A stretch of DNA of 64,000 bases, taken from the NCBI GenBank assembly GCA_963813715.1, contig CAWFAK010000007.1:1-64000 (forward strand). Direction: 5' to 3'. The notes below the pieces were generated by a model. That model had not been told where the DNA came from, searched no databases, and worked only from the letters and a program-made list of their open reading frames with translations. Source of the DNA: an uncultured Planctomycetaceae bacterium (GTDB lineage Bacteria > Planctomycetota > Planctomycetia > Planctomycetales > Planctomycetaceae). Of this stretch, positions 30,960-43,031 are shown one piece after another. The position numbers and the translations under genes were made by a program. Positions within the stretch are counted from its first letter, which is position 1. Every line of letters begins with the position of its first letter.

Positions 30960-32479
30960 ATGGCCAAGGCGGCAAAGACAGCGATCTCGCCCACGCGAGG
31001 AAGATTATCCCGAGTGGTATCAGCAGGTGATCAAGGCGGCCGAGCTCGCCGATGTGTCGCCGGTGCGCGGCTGCATGGTCATCCGGCCGTGGGGCATGGG
31101 CATCTGGGAGAACATGCAGAAAGGCCTCGATCGCCGGTTCAAAGAGACCGGACACGAGAACGCCTACTTTCCGCTCTTCATCCCGATGAGCTTTCTCGAG
31201 AAGGAGGCCCAGCACGTCGAGGGATTCGCGAAGGAGTGTGCCGTCGTCACGCATCATCGCCTCGAGCCGGGGCCGGATGGCAAGTTGCAGCCAGCCCCGA
31301 GCGCGAAGCTCGAAGAGCCGCTGATCGTGCGGCCGACGAGCGAGACGATCATCGGTGCGATGTACGCGAAGTGGGTGCAGTCGTACCGCGACTTGCCGAT
31401 TTTGATCAATCAGTGGTGCAACGTCGTGCGGTGGGAGCTGCGGACGCGGATGTTCCTGCGGACGGCCGAGTTCCTCTGGCAGGAAGGACACACGGCCCAC
31501 GCGACCGACACCGAAGCCGTCGAAGAAACGATGAAGATGCTCGACGTCTACGCCGACTTCGCCGAGACCGAGATGGCGATGCCCGTCATCAAGGGCGAGA
31601 AGACGGCCGGCGAGCGGTTCCCCGGCGCGGTTTCGACATACTCAATCGAAGCCATGATGCAGGACCGCAAGGCCCTGCAGGCCGGCACGTCGCACTTCCT
31701 CGGCCAGAACTTTTCGCGAGCGCAGGAGATCAAGTTCCAGGACGCGGCCGGCGGCGAGTCGTTCGCCTGGACGACGTCGTGGGGCGTTTCGACGCGACTT
31801 GTCGGCGCCCTGATCATGACGCACAGCGACGACGACGGACTCATCCTGCCGCCGCGGTTGGCTCCCAAGCACATCGTGATCCTGCCGATTTATCGCGGCG
31901 ACGACGACCGCGCGAAAGTCCGCCAGTATTGCGATCAACTCGCGAAGGATCTCGAACAGCGCGACTACGCCGACGGCAAGATTCGCGTCCAGATCGACGA
32001 CCGCGACCTGCGCGGCGGCGAAAAAGCCTGGCAGCACATCAAGAAGGGCGTGCCCCTGCGAGCGGAGATCGGCCCCCGCGACATCGAGAAAGACGGCGTC
32101 TTCCTCGCCCGCCGCGACACGGGGACCAAGGAACCGATCGGCCGCCCACAACTCATCGAGACGGCCCCGCAGATCCTCCAGGAGATTCAGAGACTCGCTC
32201 TTTCAGCGGGCCCTCAAACTCCGCGAGGAGAACACCTGCCAGATCGACACGCTCGACGAGTTCAAGGCCTACTTCACGCCGAAGAACGATGCCAAACCCG
32301 AAATCCACGCCGGCTTCGCCTACTGCCACTGGTCCGAAGACCCGGCGATGCACGAGCTGCTCAAAGACCTGAAGGTGACCGTCCGCTGCGTGCCGCTTGC
32401 CGGACCTCAAGAACCGGGCAAGTGCATCTTCACCGGCAAACCAAGCACCAAGCGGGCGATCTTCGCGAAGGCCTATTAG
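30960..32479 (+). CDS. proS: proline--tRNA ligase, archaeal/eukaryotic type (2 frameshifts)
   Basis: VRPTSET, NQWCNVVRWE, EFLWQEGHT, QAGTSHFLGQNF, SWGVSTR and C-terminal FAKAY*. Confidence 0.96.
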
Positions 32480-35400
32480 AGCGGTTTTCGCTCGACGAAC
32501 AGCATCTTCACCGGCCTCGTCTCTTTGGTGAAGTGCAGGCTGGTTTGCTGCTCGACGTTGTGCAGTACGAGCGCCGGGTCGTGAGCTTCGCGTTTCTCCG
32601 CATCGGTCGCCGGCCGGGCCACTTTTCCGGCCGGCTCATGCAGACGCCACAGGAGCTGCTGCGGATGAGCTTTCACTTCGCTGACGATGGGCATATCGAT
32701 CCAGCGGCCGGCCCAGTTGAGGAACTCGCCGAACGTGCCGTAGCCTCCGCCACCATTGGGGCTCAGCACGCGGCCGTAGATTTGGACGCCGCGCGATTTG
32801 CCGGTCTTGTCGTCTGGCAGCGGAGTGAAGTGATAGTCGCCCCGCGCCACGTAGACCTCGCGTTTGACTTGACGGAATTCGAGATGGATGGGCAGCTGCA
32901 ATTCCTGCCGTAGAATCGCCTCGAATTGTCTCGCAAACAACTCGTCCGGCACTCCCTCCCGATAGACCCAGTCCCCCGGTAGAGAAGTCTGGAGAAGCTC
33001 CGGCGGTCCACTGATCTGCTGCGATTTGATGCGATGAACGGAGTCGCAGACGCCGATCAAGGGCCAGCGATCGGACCCCGGGGAGAAATCTTCGCAATGG
33101 AGTTTCCCATCCCAACGGTAACTTGCCACGAGCTTCGGCTCATCGCCGCCCGCTGGCACACCGAACTCGTTCGGTAGCGCAACGCGCCAGTATTCCGGCG
33201 CAGGGATGGGTAAGGGGGCGCAATGTGGCGTAAGACCTGCCCCGGCGCGAGGCTGTACCCCGGCTTGTTCGCCAACTCCGCCAGGATCGCCTCTTTTTCT
33301 TCTCGGATCTTGCGGAGCTTTTCTCCCCGTTGTCGGAGACCATCAACCGGCGCATTCGTTGGTATCCACTCGAACGCAAGCTGATTGACGACATTCAACT
33401 CCGGCATCCAGAAAGCAACGCGATCCGCCTCAGCGAGCTGCTTCTGCATCTCGATTTGCACGCGGTTTCCCTTGCGTCGGAGAGTGGCCTCTTTGCCCCG
33501 CCCAAATATCAGGGCGCGGCCGGCGTGGGCATCGATGTCCAAGGTTCCCGTATTCAGGCGGGCCGCGCGGAGTTCGACACCCCGCGCACTTCGAACGACC
33601 AATTCGCCCGCTCCGAGTTCGATCCGCTCCGCGGCGCCCGGCAGCCGCAGACGCAGGTGGTCATCTTGGACGTCGGCGACCAGGGGTTGGTCGAACTGTC
33701 GCAGAATCGACGGCTCAAACACCGCGCCGACCGGTTGACCGGTCAGTTTGGGAACGTCCGGATCGCGGACCAATTCGTAATCGAAGCACATGGAGTTCCG
33801 TCCGCGGAACTCGAATGAATAGAGAGTGATCCAAAACGTTCCCAGGCCCCCCTCGCGCGTGATAAACGGATTCTTTTGGCCGAACGAACTCTTCGAGAGT
33901 CGCCCTCGCAGCGAGATCCATTCTGGCCGTTGGAAGTCGGCCGTCGCGACGAGTTTTGCGACAAAGGATGCCTCAAGACGTTGATCGGGGGGAAACACTT
34001 TGCCAACCCGCAGGTCGAATCCGACGAGCGTAATGCCCCGGCCGTCGGTTTGCGCGGCCAAATCGATGCCGTTGCTTTGCACCCAGCGCTTCAATGGCTC
34101 CGGGAAAACCCATTGGTCCACCGGTTTGCCCTGATTCTCGACTGCCAATAAGTCGGGCGGCGGCGTCATCCAGCGGCCTGTGTCGATGTCGATGAACACT
34201 GGTTCGGTCTGGGCGCCCGTCAGCACTCGCTCAAAGATATTTCCATCAAATGGCAGGTGGGACTGGCTCAATTCGGGTGCCGGCAGGACGGGACGAGACG
34301 TCGGGTGCGGAGCCGCGGGGGCCTTGTCCTGGCTGGCGACAAGTCTCGTGCTGCAGATGACGGCGCTGGTTGCGCCAAAGAGCGTGAATAACGCGCCGGC
34401 CGCCAGCAGACCGCCTGTTTTCTGCCGATTTCGCCGCGAGCTGAACAGCCCCTCGATCCGCGTCTCGAGGCTCCCGCGCCAGTGGAGAATCCCCGTCGAC
34501 GCGGCCAACGGCGGCCGGCCGTGGGCCAATTGGGCCAGGCGCAGCAGCGTTTCGCCGTAACTGACCGGGTCGCGTTCGTCCAACACGAAGTTGTCGCACA
34601 CCTCCTCGCGCACAGACCAGGTGCCGATTGAGCAGATGGATGGTCACGATCGGCCAGAAGATCGCCTTGGAGGCCAACTGCAGCGCGACGACGAAATGAT
34701 CGCCGCGCAGAACGTGCGCCATCTCGTGCACCAGCACGTCGCGCAACTGGTCACGTGTAATCTGCGGCAGCGACGATTCGGGCAGAACAATCACCGGCCG
34801 CAGCCATCCCACCGCCAGCGGTGTGAGGACCTCTGCCGAGACGCCGACGTGCGGAAGCCGCCTGATCTTCATCCGCCGCCCCACCTCAGCGAGCGCGCAT
34901 CTGAAACGAAATCGTCCCTCGCCGGCTCGAGCGAAGCGCGCAGCCGGCGGAGCCGCAGGCAGCATCGGACGATGCCAACGAGCACCAAAATCGTGCCGAC
35001 GGCCCAAACGAACGTTGCGGCACTCGCGAGGCGGCGGAGCCCAGCGTTTTGCGGCTCCGATTGGGCCTCGTTCGTGTTCGATCGAATCGGGGAAGCTCGA
35101 GTGACGGCGAGAACCGTGGCAGGCACTCCGTTTGACCTCTCAATCGCTGGGGCTTCGGCCGGCAACACAAAGTCGTGCGCACCCGTCGATCCCGACGATT
35201 CGGCTCGTTCGCGCGGGCACTCTGCCACCGGCTCCGAAGCCGCCATTGCGACGCCCGCCTTGGTCGCGCTCGGCGAGAACAGCGGCAGCTCGATCAGCGC
35301 GATCTTGAATTTGAGAACGGCAGCCGCCGACAGAGGGGACAGCAAACAGCAGAGCAAGGCGGACAACAATAAAGAATGCCGCAGCGCGGCCCGTGACCTG

Positions 35401-35513
35401 AACGCGCGGGCCGCAACCACCGCGACTGTGGATACGACCAACACGGCCGCGACGACCAGAAACAGGCCAGCCACCACCTGGTCACCAGGATAAAATCGGT
35501 CGAGAGCGGCCAT
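32476..35513 (-). CDS. BlaR1/M56-family metallopeptidase with C-terminal extracytoplasmic domain (frameshifted)
   Basis: PLAVGWLRPVIVLP, HEMAH and REEVCDN...YGETLL motifs. Confidence 0.85.
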
Positions 35514-35537
35514 CGGTCACCCTCCTCGCTGCAGCTT

Positions 35538-38500
35538 CTACAACTTCCCGAGCGAGCCCGTCCGCGTGGGCATCGCCTTGTTGTCGTTCGTCGTGCGCCG
35601 TTCGGGATCAAACTTGAAATCGATGTACCGGGCTTTGGGATCAAAGTGCGCGACGACCGTGCCCAGGTCAATCTGCTCGCCGGAGTGGACGTCGAGTTTT
35701 TCGCGGATCGCCGGCCACGAGTGCGCCGAGCCGCCGACCACCAATCGGACCGGTTCGCCGCCGGGACCTTCGATGCGGAATCGTCCGTCGGCGTCGGTGA
35801 GAATGATCGGATTCGGATTGATCGGCGAAGTGGGCAACCACCAGTCGAGCCGCATGTCTCGCAGGGGCTGTTTCTGCGGGTCGACCAGGCGACCGACGAT
35901 CACCGCAGGCGGCTCGAGCGTAATCGTCCGCTCGGTCTCGCCCGGCCGCGGTGTAAAGCGAAGCGATTTCGTCAACCCGGTCGCCGTGTGCTTGAACCAG
36001 ACGACGCGAGTCTCGTCGGGCCCCGTTGCGGCGACCACTGCGGTGTCAGTGTCAGTGTGGCGGCGGTAGCTTTGCGGCTCGATCCCATAGGCGTCAACTC
36101 CGGACAACCGATTGCCGGCTCGGTCGACGAATTTGAGGGTCACGTCTTGTCCCGGGTCAACCGGAACGTCGATTTCAACCTCAGCGGCGCCGGCCGGGGG
36201 ATTGAGCTCCCGCAGAGCGCCGAACTAGGTTATCGACACACTATCGAAGGTTGGCTCGTGGGCCATGGACCGATTAGGACCGAGATTGGCCAGTTCCTTG
36301 ATCTGGGCCACGCCGAATCCGGGGCGGAAATGGCCGTCCCAGGTTTCAGGCAAATCACGCCGCGGCCCGGAATCATGGGAATGCGAAAGCGGCCATCGGC
36401 ATCCGTCTGACCGAAGGGGACATGACTCACCATGCCCATCGACTTCGTTGTGTACCGCGCATAGCTTCGCGTTTTCGTTCGAACGGAACGGCGTGTAATA
36501 CAGCGTCCCCTGCACGGGCTGGCCGGTTTTGAGGTTGAACGCTCGTCCCACGGCCCAGAGACCGCGCCGCAGCTTTTGATCGCGGCGAATCGGATCGAGC
36601 CCGTGAGCTTTCGGCAGGCTGATGTAGTCCATCTGCAGATACGGGCCTTCCGGCACGACCTTCAAAGTGCTCTTGGCGATGGGGTTCACCCCTTCGATCC
36701 GGTAGTGGCCTCGCTCGTCGGTCGTCGTCGACAGGAACTCCTGGTTGCCGCCCCAAAGTCCCTCAGCGGCCTGACACTCGATGGCGACGCCGCCAAGGGG
36801 AGCCGAAGAATCTTCGTCGGTGACGGTGCCTTCGAGCGTGATCCCCGGCCCGGCCGCAAAGTCAAACGTCGACCTGTAAATGAAATCCTGCCCGAGACCA
36901 ACGACGTGCTCAAAGCGCAGCTTTTTTCCGGGTCTGGTGAGCACGCGGACCTCGGAGGTGGCGAGCGACGGCCCTGCTAAGCGGAAGAAGATCAGCCGGT
37001 CGCGGCCCAACCCGAGAATCTCGAACCGGCCGTCCGCGTCGGTCATCGCCACAGGGATCACTGCATTCGAGGGTGTGCAGATGCCTCCGGGAAAGTGCGG
37101 CGTGGACCCGATCCCGTACATGAGCGGGGCCTCGTCGCCGTTGACGGACCCGTATCCGCCGAAGACCGGCTTCGGCGGCAATGCCGCCAACCAGCGATCG
37201 ACCAAGCGAGGCGTGCTGCAACAGATTCGGCGGATATCGAGCCGGGCACCCGCGACGGGGCGTCCTTGCAGATCGAGGACGCGGCCGCGGACAGGCTCAT
37301 CCGCCACAAGCCTCAGCTCGAGCGGACGATTGTAAGCCGGAGCAAACGAAGTCGGACATCGCGAATCCGTAACCGGGCACAGCGCGGTGACGTCGATGCG
37401 CGAATGCTCCTCGGCTTCCAGTCTCGTTCGATGCTCTGACTGAACCGGCCCTCGGAATCGGTGATAGATCGACGCCAGTGGCGTCCATGTGCTTCAGCAA
37501 GTCGGCAGGCGCAAACCTCGCCGTTTCGAGTCGAACTGGTAGAGGTCGATCTGCACGCGGGCTCCCGCAGCCGGTCGACCGTCGGGCAGAAGCACGCGGC
37601 CCGCAAGCGCAAGAGCTTCGGTCTTTTGAGCCGCCTGTTTGGGGACGTTCGTCGGCGCGGCGCCCCGCTGCCTTGCTCCGCCACGATCCGCGCCCCGCAC
37701 AAGAGGCCGCTCGCCGTGAGGAACAGTCCGAGACTCGCTAGGGCCGTCAGCCGCCCCGCCCGTTGGCGCGTGTCTCGTTTGGCGCTGACCAGGCTTTCGA
37801 TTCGCTCTTCCAAAGTGCCGCGCCAGTGCAGGATGCCCATCCCGGCGACGACGGGGACCGCACCGCGGCTCAGTTCCGCCAGCCTCAGCAGCGTCTCGCC
37901 GTAGCTGAGGGGGTCGCGCGTGGCGAGCACAAAGTTGTCGCACGCCTCCTCCCGTGCACAATGAAGGTGCCGGTTGAGCCAATGAATCACCACGATCGGC
38001 CAGAACAAGGCCTGGGCCAACAACTGCAACGGCAGCACCAGCGGATCGCGGCGCACAACATGCGCCAACTCGTGCATCAACACGTCCCGCAACTGCTCGC
38101 GAGTAATCGAGCCCAGCGAGACCTCGGGAAGAATGACAAGCGGCCGGATCCAGCCCGCCACGACGGGAGTGAGCACGCGCGTCGACACGACGATCGTCGG
38201 CCGTCGCACGATGCCCAGCCCTCCGCACACTTCGCCGAGCAGTTCGGGCAATCGGCCGTCGGTCGCTGGTCGTATGGCCCGCCGGATGCGACGCACGGCC
38301 CAATAGCTCCGAACCACGCCCAACACGAGCAGCAGCGTTCCCACAAGCCAGACCAAGATGGCCGAGATCGCGATCTCGATGCGCGGATTCGAGAGGAAGG
38401 GTTTGGGCTCGCGCGGTTCCGCGAACGCTGGAAGGGTCGGCGCCTGGTCGACGACCGGAGAGCTCTGCACGCCCGGCTCTGGTTGCGCCTCGCTCTGTGT

Positions 38501-38859
38501 TCCAGAGACTTCACAGCGTGCGCCGGGGGAACTTGCTCGACGGAGTCCTTTGCACGAGCGAAATCTGGCGCAGACTCTACGACGACAGGGGCGACTGCTC
38601 GATCGCCTGTTCGAGCCGACGGGAGCCAGCCCAGAGAGACCGTCGAACATCCTGCGGCAAACCACAGGGCCGCGAGAATCGGCGTCGCCAGGTCGCCGAT
38701 CAAGGCGGACAGCAACACGCAATGCCGGAGCGCCGCTCGGGCTTTGAGCCCCTGCGACAAGACGAGTGCGACTGTCGAAAGCAGCGTCACCGCCAGCACG
38801 ACGACGAGCAGGCACGCGAGGATTTGATCGCCGGGATACAATCGCTCAAGCGGAAACAT
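35538..38859 (-). CDS. BlaR1/M56-family metallopeptidase with carboxypeptidase-regulatory-like repeats (several frameshifts)
   Basis: HELAH and REEACDN; repeated GRV.D..G.P..GA and TDADGRF motifs. Confidence 0.82.
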
Positions 38860-38862
38860 GGC

Positions 38863-39282
38863 TCAATCTCCTCTCTTCGTCGGCTGGCTGGCTTTCGCTT
38901 TGTCGAGCATCGCGCGGATCCGCGCCAACTCGTCCGCGGTCACCCCGCGATGATCCAGGAGCGCCGTCAGCAGGACCTCCGGCGACCCGCCGCAGACGTG
39001 ATCGACGACGTTGAGCACGGCCTGGCCGATGGCCGCGGGGCGCGGCTGGGCTGCCGAATACAGATAGGTCCGCCCGTCTTCGCGGTGTTTGAGCCAGCCC
39101 TTCTGCTCCATCCGCTCCAAGAGCGTGCGAGCTGTGTTGCGGGCGAGCTCGCGAGTTTGCGAGAGGATGGCCCGCACGTCGCTGGCGGAAAGTTCACCCC
39201 GCTCCCAGACGATCTCCATGATTTCGCGCTTCGCGGGGGACAATCCCGGCAAACGACGCGTCCTTCGAGTCTTTGATCCCAT
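38863..39282 (-). CDS. BlaI/MecI/CopY-family transcriptional repressor
   Basis: EIMEIVWERG, LARNTARTLLERMEQKGWL and GRTYLY motifs. Confidence 0.93.
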   Translation of the reverse strand: MGSKTRRTRRLPGLSPAKREIMEIVWERGELSASDVRAILSQTRELARNTARTLLERMEQKGWLKHREDGRTYLYSAAQPRPAAIGQAVLNVVDHVCGGSPEVLLTALLDHRGVTADELARIRAMLDKAKASQPTKRGD

Positions 39283-39298
39283 GCCGGAGCGCCTCCAA

Positions 39299-39346
39299 TG
39301 GCTACATGATGTAGCCAATAATGGCGACGCTCAGTAGCCGTGTCAA
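39299..39346 (-). promoter_or_regulatory. sigma-70 promoter with palindromic BlaI-type operator
   Basis: TTGACA-N17-CATTAT followed by the palindrome TGGCTACA-N3-TGTAGCCA (39299-39317). Confidence 0.75.
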
Positions 39347-39609
39347 GCATTTTCGCGAGCGATTTTCGAGGCTCCGCTTTTTACGCGGCGCTCAAGCCAC
39401 TCTGGCAACTGCCGGGGTTAGCGGCCGCGGCGGCATGTGTCAGCCGTCGCTGAACCGCGGGACGACACTTTTCGGGACGCTCGAAAGCGGGTACGCTCGT
39501 CGGTTGGCTCGCCAAAAAAGCGGCAATCGGCGGGGCGGCTCTCTGATAAGTCGGGCCGTCGCTCGTAGACGAACCAGGCTGACATCGAAGGCAATCAACT
39601 GAGGAAATC

Positions 39610-40044
39610 ATGATGTTCGACTCCCAAGACTTAAGCCGTCGTGAATTTGCACGGCTATCCGTGGCGGCGCTGGCCGGTTTGTCGGTTGGCGGCGCGGCCG
39701 TGTTCGCCGACGACACCAAGAAAGCCGAAAAGAATCCCCTGCTCAGCGATCCGCACGTCTGCCGCGGGCTCAACACTTGCAAGGGCAAAGGGGCGGACAA
39801 GAAGAATAGTTGTGCCGGCACCGGTACCTGCGCGACGGCCAAGAGCCACCCGTGTGGCAGCGCCAACGAGTGCAAGGGGCAAGGCGGCTGCGGCGACACG
39901 CCGGGCGAGAACGCCTGCAAGGGCAAGGGCGATTGTCACGTCCCCCTTGCCAAGGACGCTTGGAAGAAAGCCCGCAAACGGTTTGAGGTGCTGATGAAGG
40001 CCGACAACAAAACGTTCGGCGACGCTCCGAAGAAGAGTGCCTGA
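39610..40044 (+). CDS. Tat-exported Cys-rich protein with repeated NxCKGxG (bufferin/BufA2-like)
   Basis: SRREF Tat motif; NTCKGKG, NECKGQG and NACKGKG repeats. Confidence 0.75.
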   Translation: MMFDSQDLSRREFARLSVAALAGLSVGGAAVFADDTKKAEKNPLLSDPHVCRGLNTCKGKGADKKNSCAGTGTCATAKSHPCGSANECKGQGGCGDTPGENACKGKGDCHVPLAKDAWKKARKRFEVLMKADNKTFGDAPKKSA

Positions 40045-40111
40045 GCCTCACTCAACTCGCTCCTTCTTCTCAGGCTCTCGCCTTCGCCTCAGCAGCCGAG
40101 CGTGCAAAACG

Positions 40112-40142
40112 AAAAAAGCCGCGAGTCACCCTCGCGGCTTTT
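40112..40142. terminator. bidirectional rho-independent terminator
   Basis: A6-GCCGCGAG-TCACC-CTCGCGGC-T4 between convergent genes. Confidence 0.8.
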
Positions 40143-40297
40143 CTCATCGATCAGAGTATCTATGTTGAACGGAAGAGCGAGGCTTGTGCCGAGCCGCTGC
40201 AGGCCATCGGGCTCAGCAGAAGGCTCGCTCTTCGCGGTTTTCCCTGGTTGTTCGTTTCTCCGTTGCAGTGCTTCCTTTGATTCGATGGCCGACCGTT

Positions 40298-40790
40298 TTA
40301 TTCGGTCGCCGACTGCCCCTCGGTGGTTTCGCCCGTCGCTTCCTTGATTTGACGGATGCCCAACAGCAGCTGCTTGAGCGCTTGACCCACCATCGCCATC
40401 GGCACAACGGCGAAGTGCACCGTCACGTGCGGCTCAGCCTCCCCCTCTTCGGGCTCGACTACGAGGTCGCTGTTGACGACCAGGTCGGCGATCTCGGCCA
40501 GCTCCGGGTGTCCGGTCAGCCGATAGCACTCAGACATTGAGCGCCACGCCGCGCTTATTGAGCGGCGCGGGAATCGTCGTGGCCGCCTGTTTGAGCGGGA
40601 CGAGGGCTTCATCATAGCGCGCCTGGCTCTTGAGGGCTTCGCCTCGGAGCAAAGCGACAGCCGGTTCGAAGGGCCCCGCATCGACGATGGAATTCAGTTC
40701 ACCAATGGCTCGATCCGGGAGCTCTAACTCGAGATAGCCTTCCGCCCGCTGCAGAAGCCGGATCGTTCGCGGGACTTTATTGCTGTCCAT
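40298..40790 (-). CDS. tetratricopeptide-repeat protein (frameshift ~40535)
   Basis: AEGYLELELP, LRGEALKSQARYDEAL and AWRSMSECYR segments. Confidence 0.7.
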
Positions 40791-41350
40791 GGCAAAGACC
40801 GTTTCTGTTGTGTCGTTTGCACCCAAAAAGCTGAGAGGTTCTTTCCCCGGGTAAGCAGTGTCGTCACGAGGGTGTCGTCACCATCTGGTGGCGGTCATTG
40901 GGAACTCGAGTCAGGCCCCTCCTTCTATTACTTCTTCTCAGGCGACTTTTAACGGCGTTTGTTACGGGGATTGTGGATCGTTCGTCAAATCTGTCAAAAC
41001 TCATTACGAGCCTTTGATTAGCAAACGTCATTCCATTTCCGGGCCATGCGAACGATTCGTCGCATCTCCTTGGTGCCGCGGAGGCACCGTCCGCTCCGGT
41101 CAAATTGCGGACGGGGCCATTTGTGTGCCCAACGGAGCGAAAACGCGCTCAGCCGGATGTCGGCTTGCACCGTGCAAGGCGCGGCTGCGCAAGCCGAGTC
41201 TGCATCGGCCTTAGGATGAAGCACGTCTCGCGATCGCGCTGTCCGGCGGGGACTCAACCTGATTGCCGGCTGCTTGATCGCGGCAGCAGCCGCTCGCATG
41301 ATAGGCCGCTGGCCGCCCCCCGATTGACGCCCCATTTCGAGCGAAGAGAC

Positions 41351-42904
41351 ATGCTGTTTTCTCGCCCCGGTCAGACAACTTACACCGTCGCACTTGTGCT
41401 CGTTTTGACTGCAGCGATCGCGTCGCGCGCGACAGCGACCTCGCCTACTGCCCTAGCGCGGCCGAACATCATCTTTATCTTTTCCGACGATCATGCGGCC
41501 CAGGCGATCAGTTGTTACGGCTCGCGGATCAACACGACGCCCAATCTCGATCGCATCGCGGCCGGCGGGATGCGGTTTCGCAACTGCTTTTGCACGAACT
41601 CGATCTGCGGTCCCAGCCGGGCCGTCGTGCTCACCGGCAAGCACAGCCACATCAACGGCTTTCTGGACAACAGCAACTCGCGGTTCAACGGCGCCCAGCA
41701 GACCTTTCCCAAACTTTTTCAAGCGGCCGGATACCAGACGGCCATCGTCGGCAAGTGGCACCTCGTCAGCGATCCGACCGGCTTCGACACGTGGAAAATC
41801 CTGGTCGGCCAGGGAACGTACTACAACCCCGTGCTGATCGAGAACGGCCGCCGCGTCCGCCACGAAGGGTACGTCACGGACATCATCACCGACCTCGCGC
41901 TCGACTTCCTGAAAGGTGGCCGCGACCCGCACAAGCCCTTCGTGCTGATGTATCACCACAAGGCGCCGCATCGCGAATGGGAGCCAGCCCTGCGGCACTT
42001 GCACCTTTTCGACGACGTCGACATTCCCGAGCCGGCGACGCTCTTTGACAACTACAGCGGACGCGGGACGGCGGCCCACGTGCAGCAGATGGAAGTTGTG
42101 CGGGATCTCAACAAGCTCGATCTCAAACTGACCACGCCCAAGGACCTGAACCCGGCCCAACTCGAGCAGTGGAACGCCGCCTACGAGCCCAAGAACCGGG
42201 CTTTCCGCGACGCCCACCTGACCGGCCGCCAACTGGCGCATTGGAAGTACGAGCGTTACATCAAGGACTATCTGCGGTGCGTGGCCGGCATCGACGAGAA
42301 CGTCGGCCGCCTGCTCGATTACCTCGACCAAAGCGGATTGGCGAAGAACACCGTTGTTATTTATTCGTCCGACCAGGGATTTTATTTGGGCGAGCACGGC
42401 TGGTTCGACAAGCGATTCATGTACGAGGAGTCGTTGCGAATGCCGCTCCTCGTCCGCTGGCCCGGCGTGACGCAGCCCGGAACGGTGAGTGACGCGCTCG
42501 TGTCGAATCTCGACTTCGCCGAAACATTCCTGCAGATAGCCGGCCTGCCCGTCCCAGCCGACATGCAGGGACAAAGCCTCGTGCCCGTGCTGACGGGAGA
42601 CGGTGCGACGCCGGCCGACTGGCGGAAGAGCCTCTACTACCACTACTACGAGTACCCGGCCGTGCACATGGTCAATAAGCACGAAGGCGTGCGCACGAGC
42701 CGCTACAAGCTGATCAACTTTTACGAGCTGGGCGAATGGGAGCTGTACGACCTCGAAAAAGATCCGCACGAGATGCACAGCGTCTACGCGGACCCGGCCT
42801 ACGCAACGACCGTCCAGGACCTCAAAACCGAACTCGCGCGACTGCGCGACGTCTATCGAGTCCCTCCCAACAGCGTCGCGAAGCGGCCCCGATCCAGCCA
42901 CTAA
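41351..42904 (+). CDS. sulfatase (formylglycine-dependent)
   Basis: [25 protein letters not shown] and [11 protein letters not shown] motifs. Confidence 0.95.
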   Translation: MLFSRPGQTTYTVALVLVLTAAIASRATATSPTALARPNIIFIFSDDHAAQAISCYGSRINTTPNLDRIAAGGMRFRNCFCTNSICGPSRAVVLTGKHSHINGFLDNSNSRFNGAQQTFPKLFQAAGYQTAIVGKWHLVSDPTGFDTWKILVGQGTYYNPVLIENGRRVRHEGYVTDIITDLALDFLKGGRDPHKPFVLMYHHKAPHREWEPALRHLHLFDDVDIPEPATLFDNYSGRGTAAHVQQMEVVRDLNKLDLKLTTPKDLNPAQLEQWNAAYEPKNRAFRDAHLTGRQLAHWKYERYIKDYLRCVAGIDENVGRLLDYLDQSGLAKNTVVIYSSDQGFYLGEHGWFDKRFMYEESLRMPLLVRWPGVTQPGTVSDALVSNLDFAETFLQIAGLPVPADMQGQSLVPVLTGDGATPADWRKSLYYHYYEYPAVHMVNKHEGVRTSRYKLINFYELGEWELYDLEKDPHEMHSVYADPAYATTVQDLKTELARLRDVYRVPPNSVAKRPRSSH

Positions 42905-43031
42905 GGGCTGGCGTTTGGAGACCGGGTGAAGCTATGAGGAGCGGTAAGAGGTAGGCCGAGCCGGTTGGTGGTTGTGCTTGAACGTGGTAAACGGAGTTTG
43001 TTGCAAACCGTTTCCACAAAAGGACACCGCC

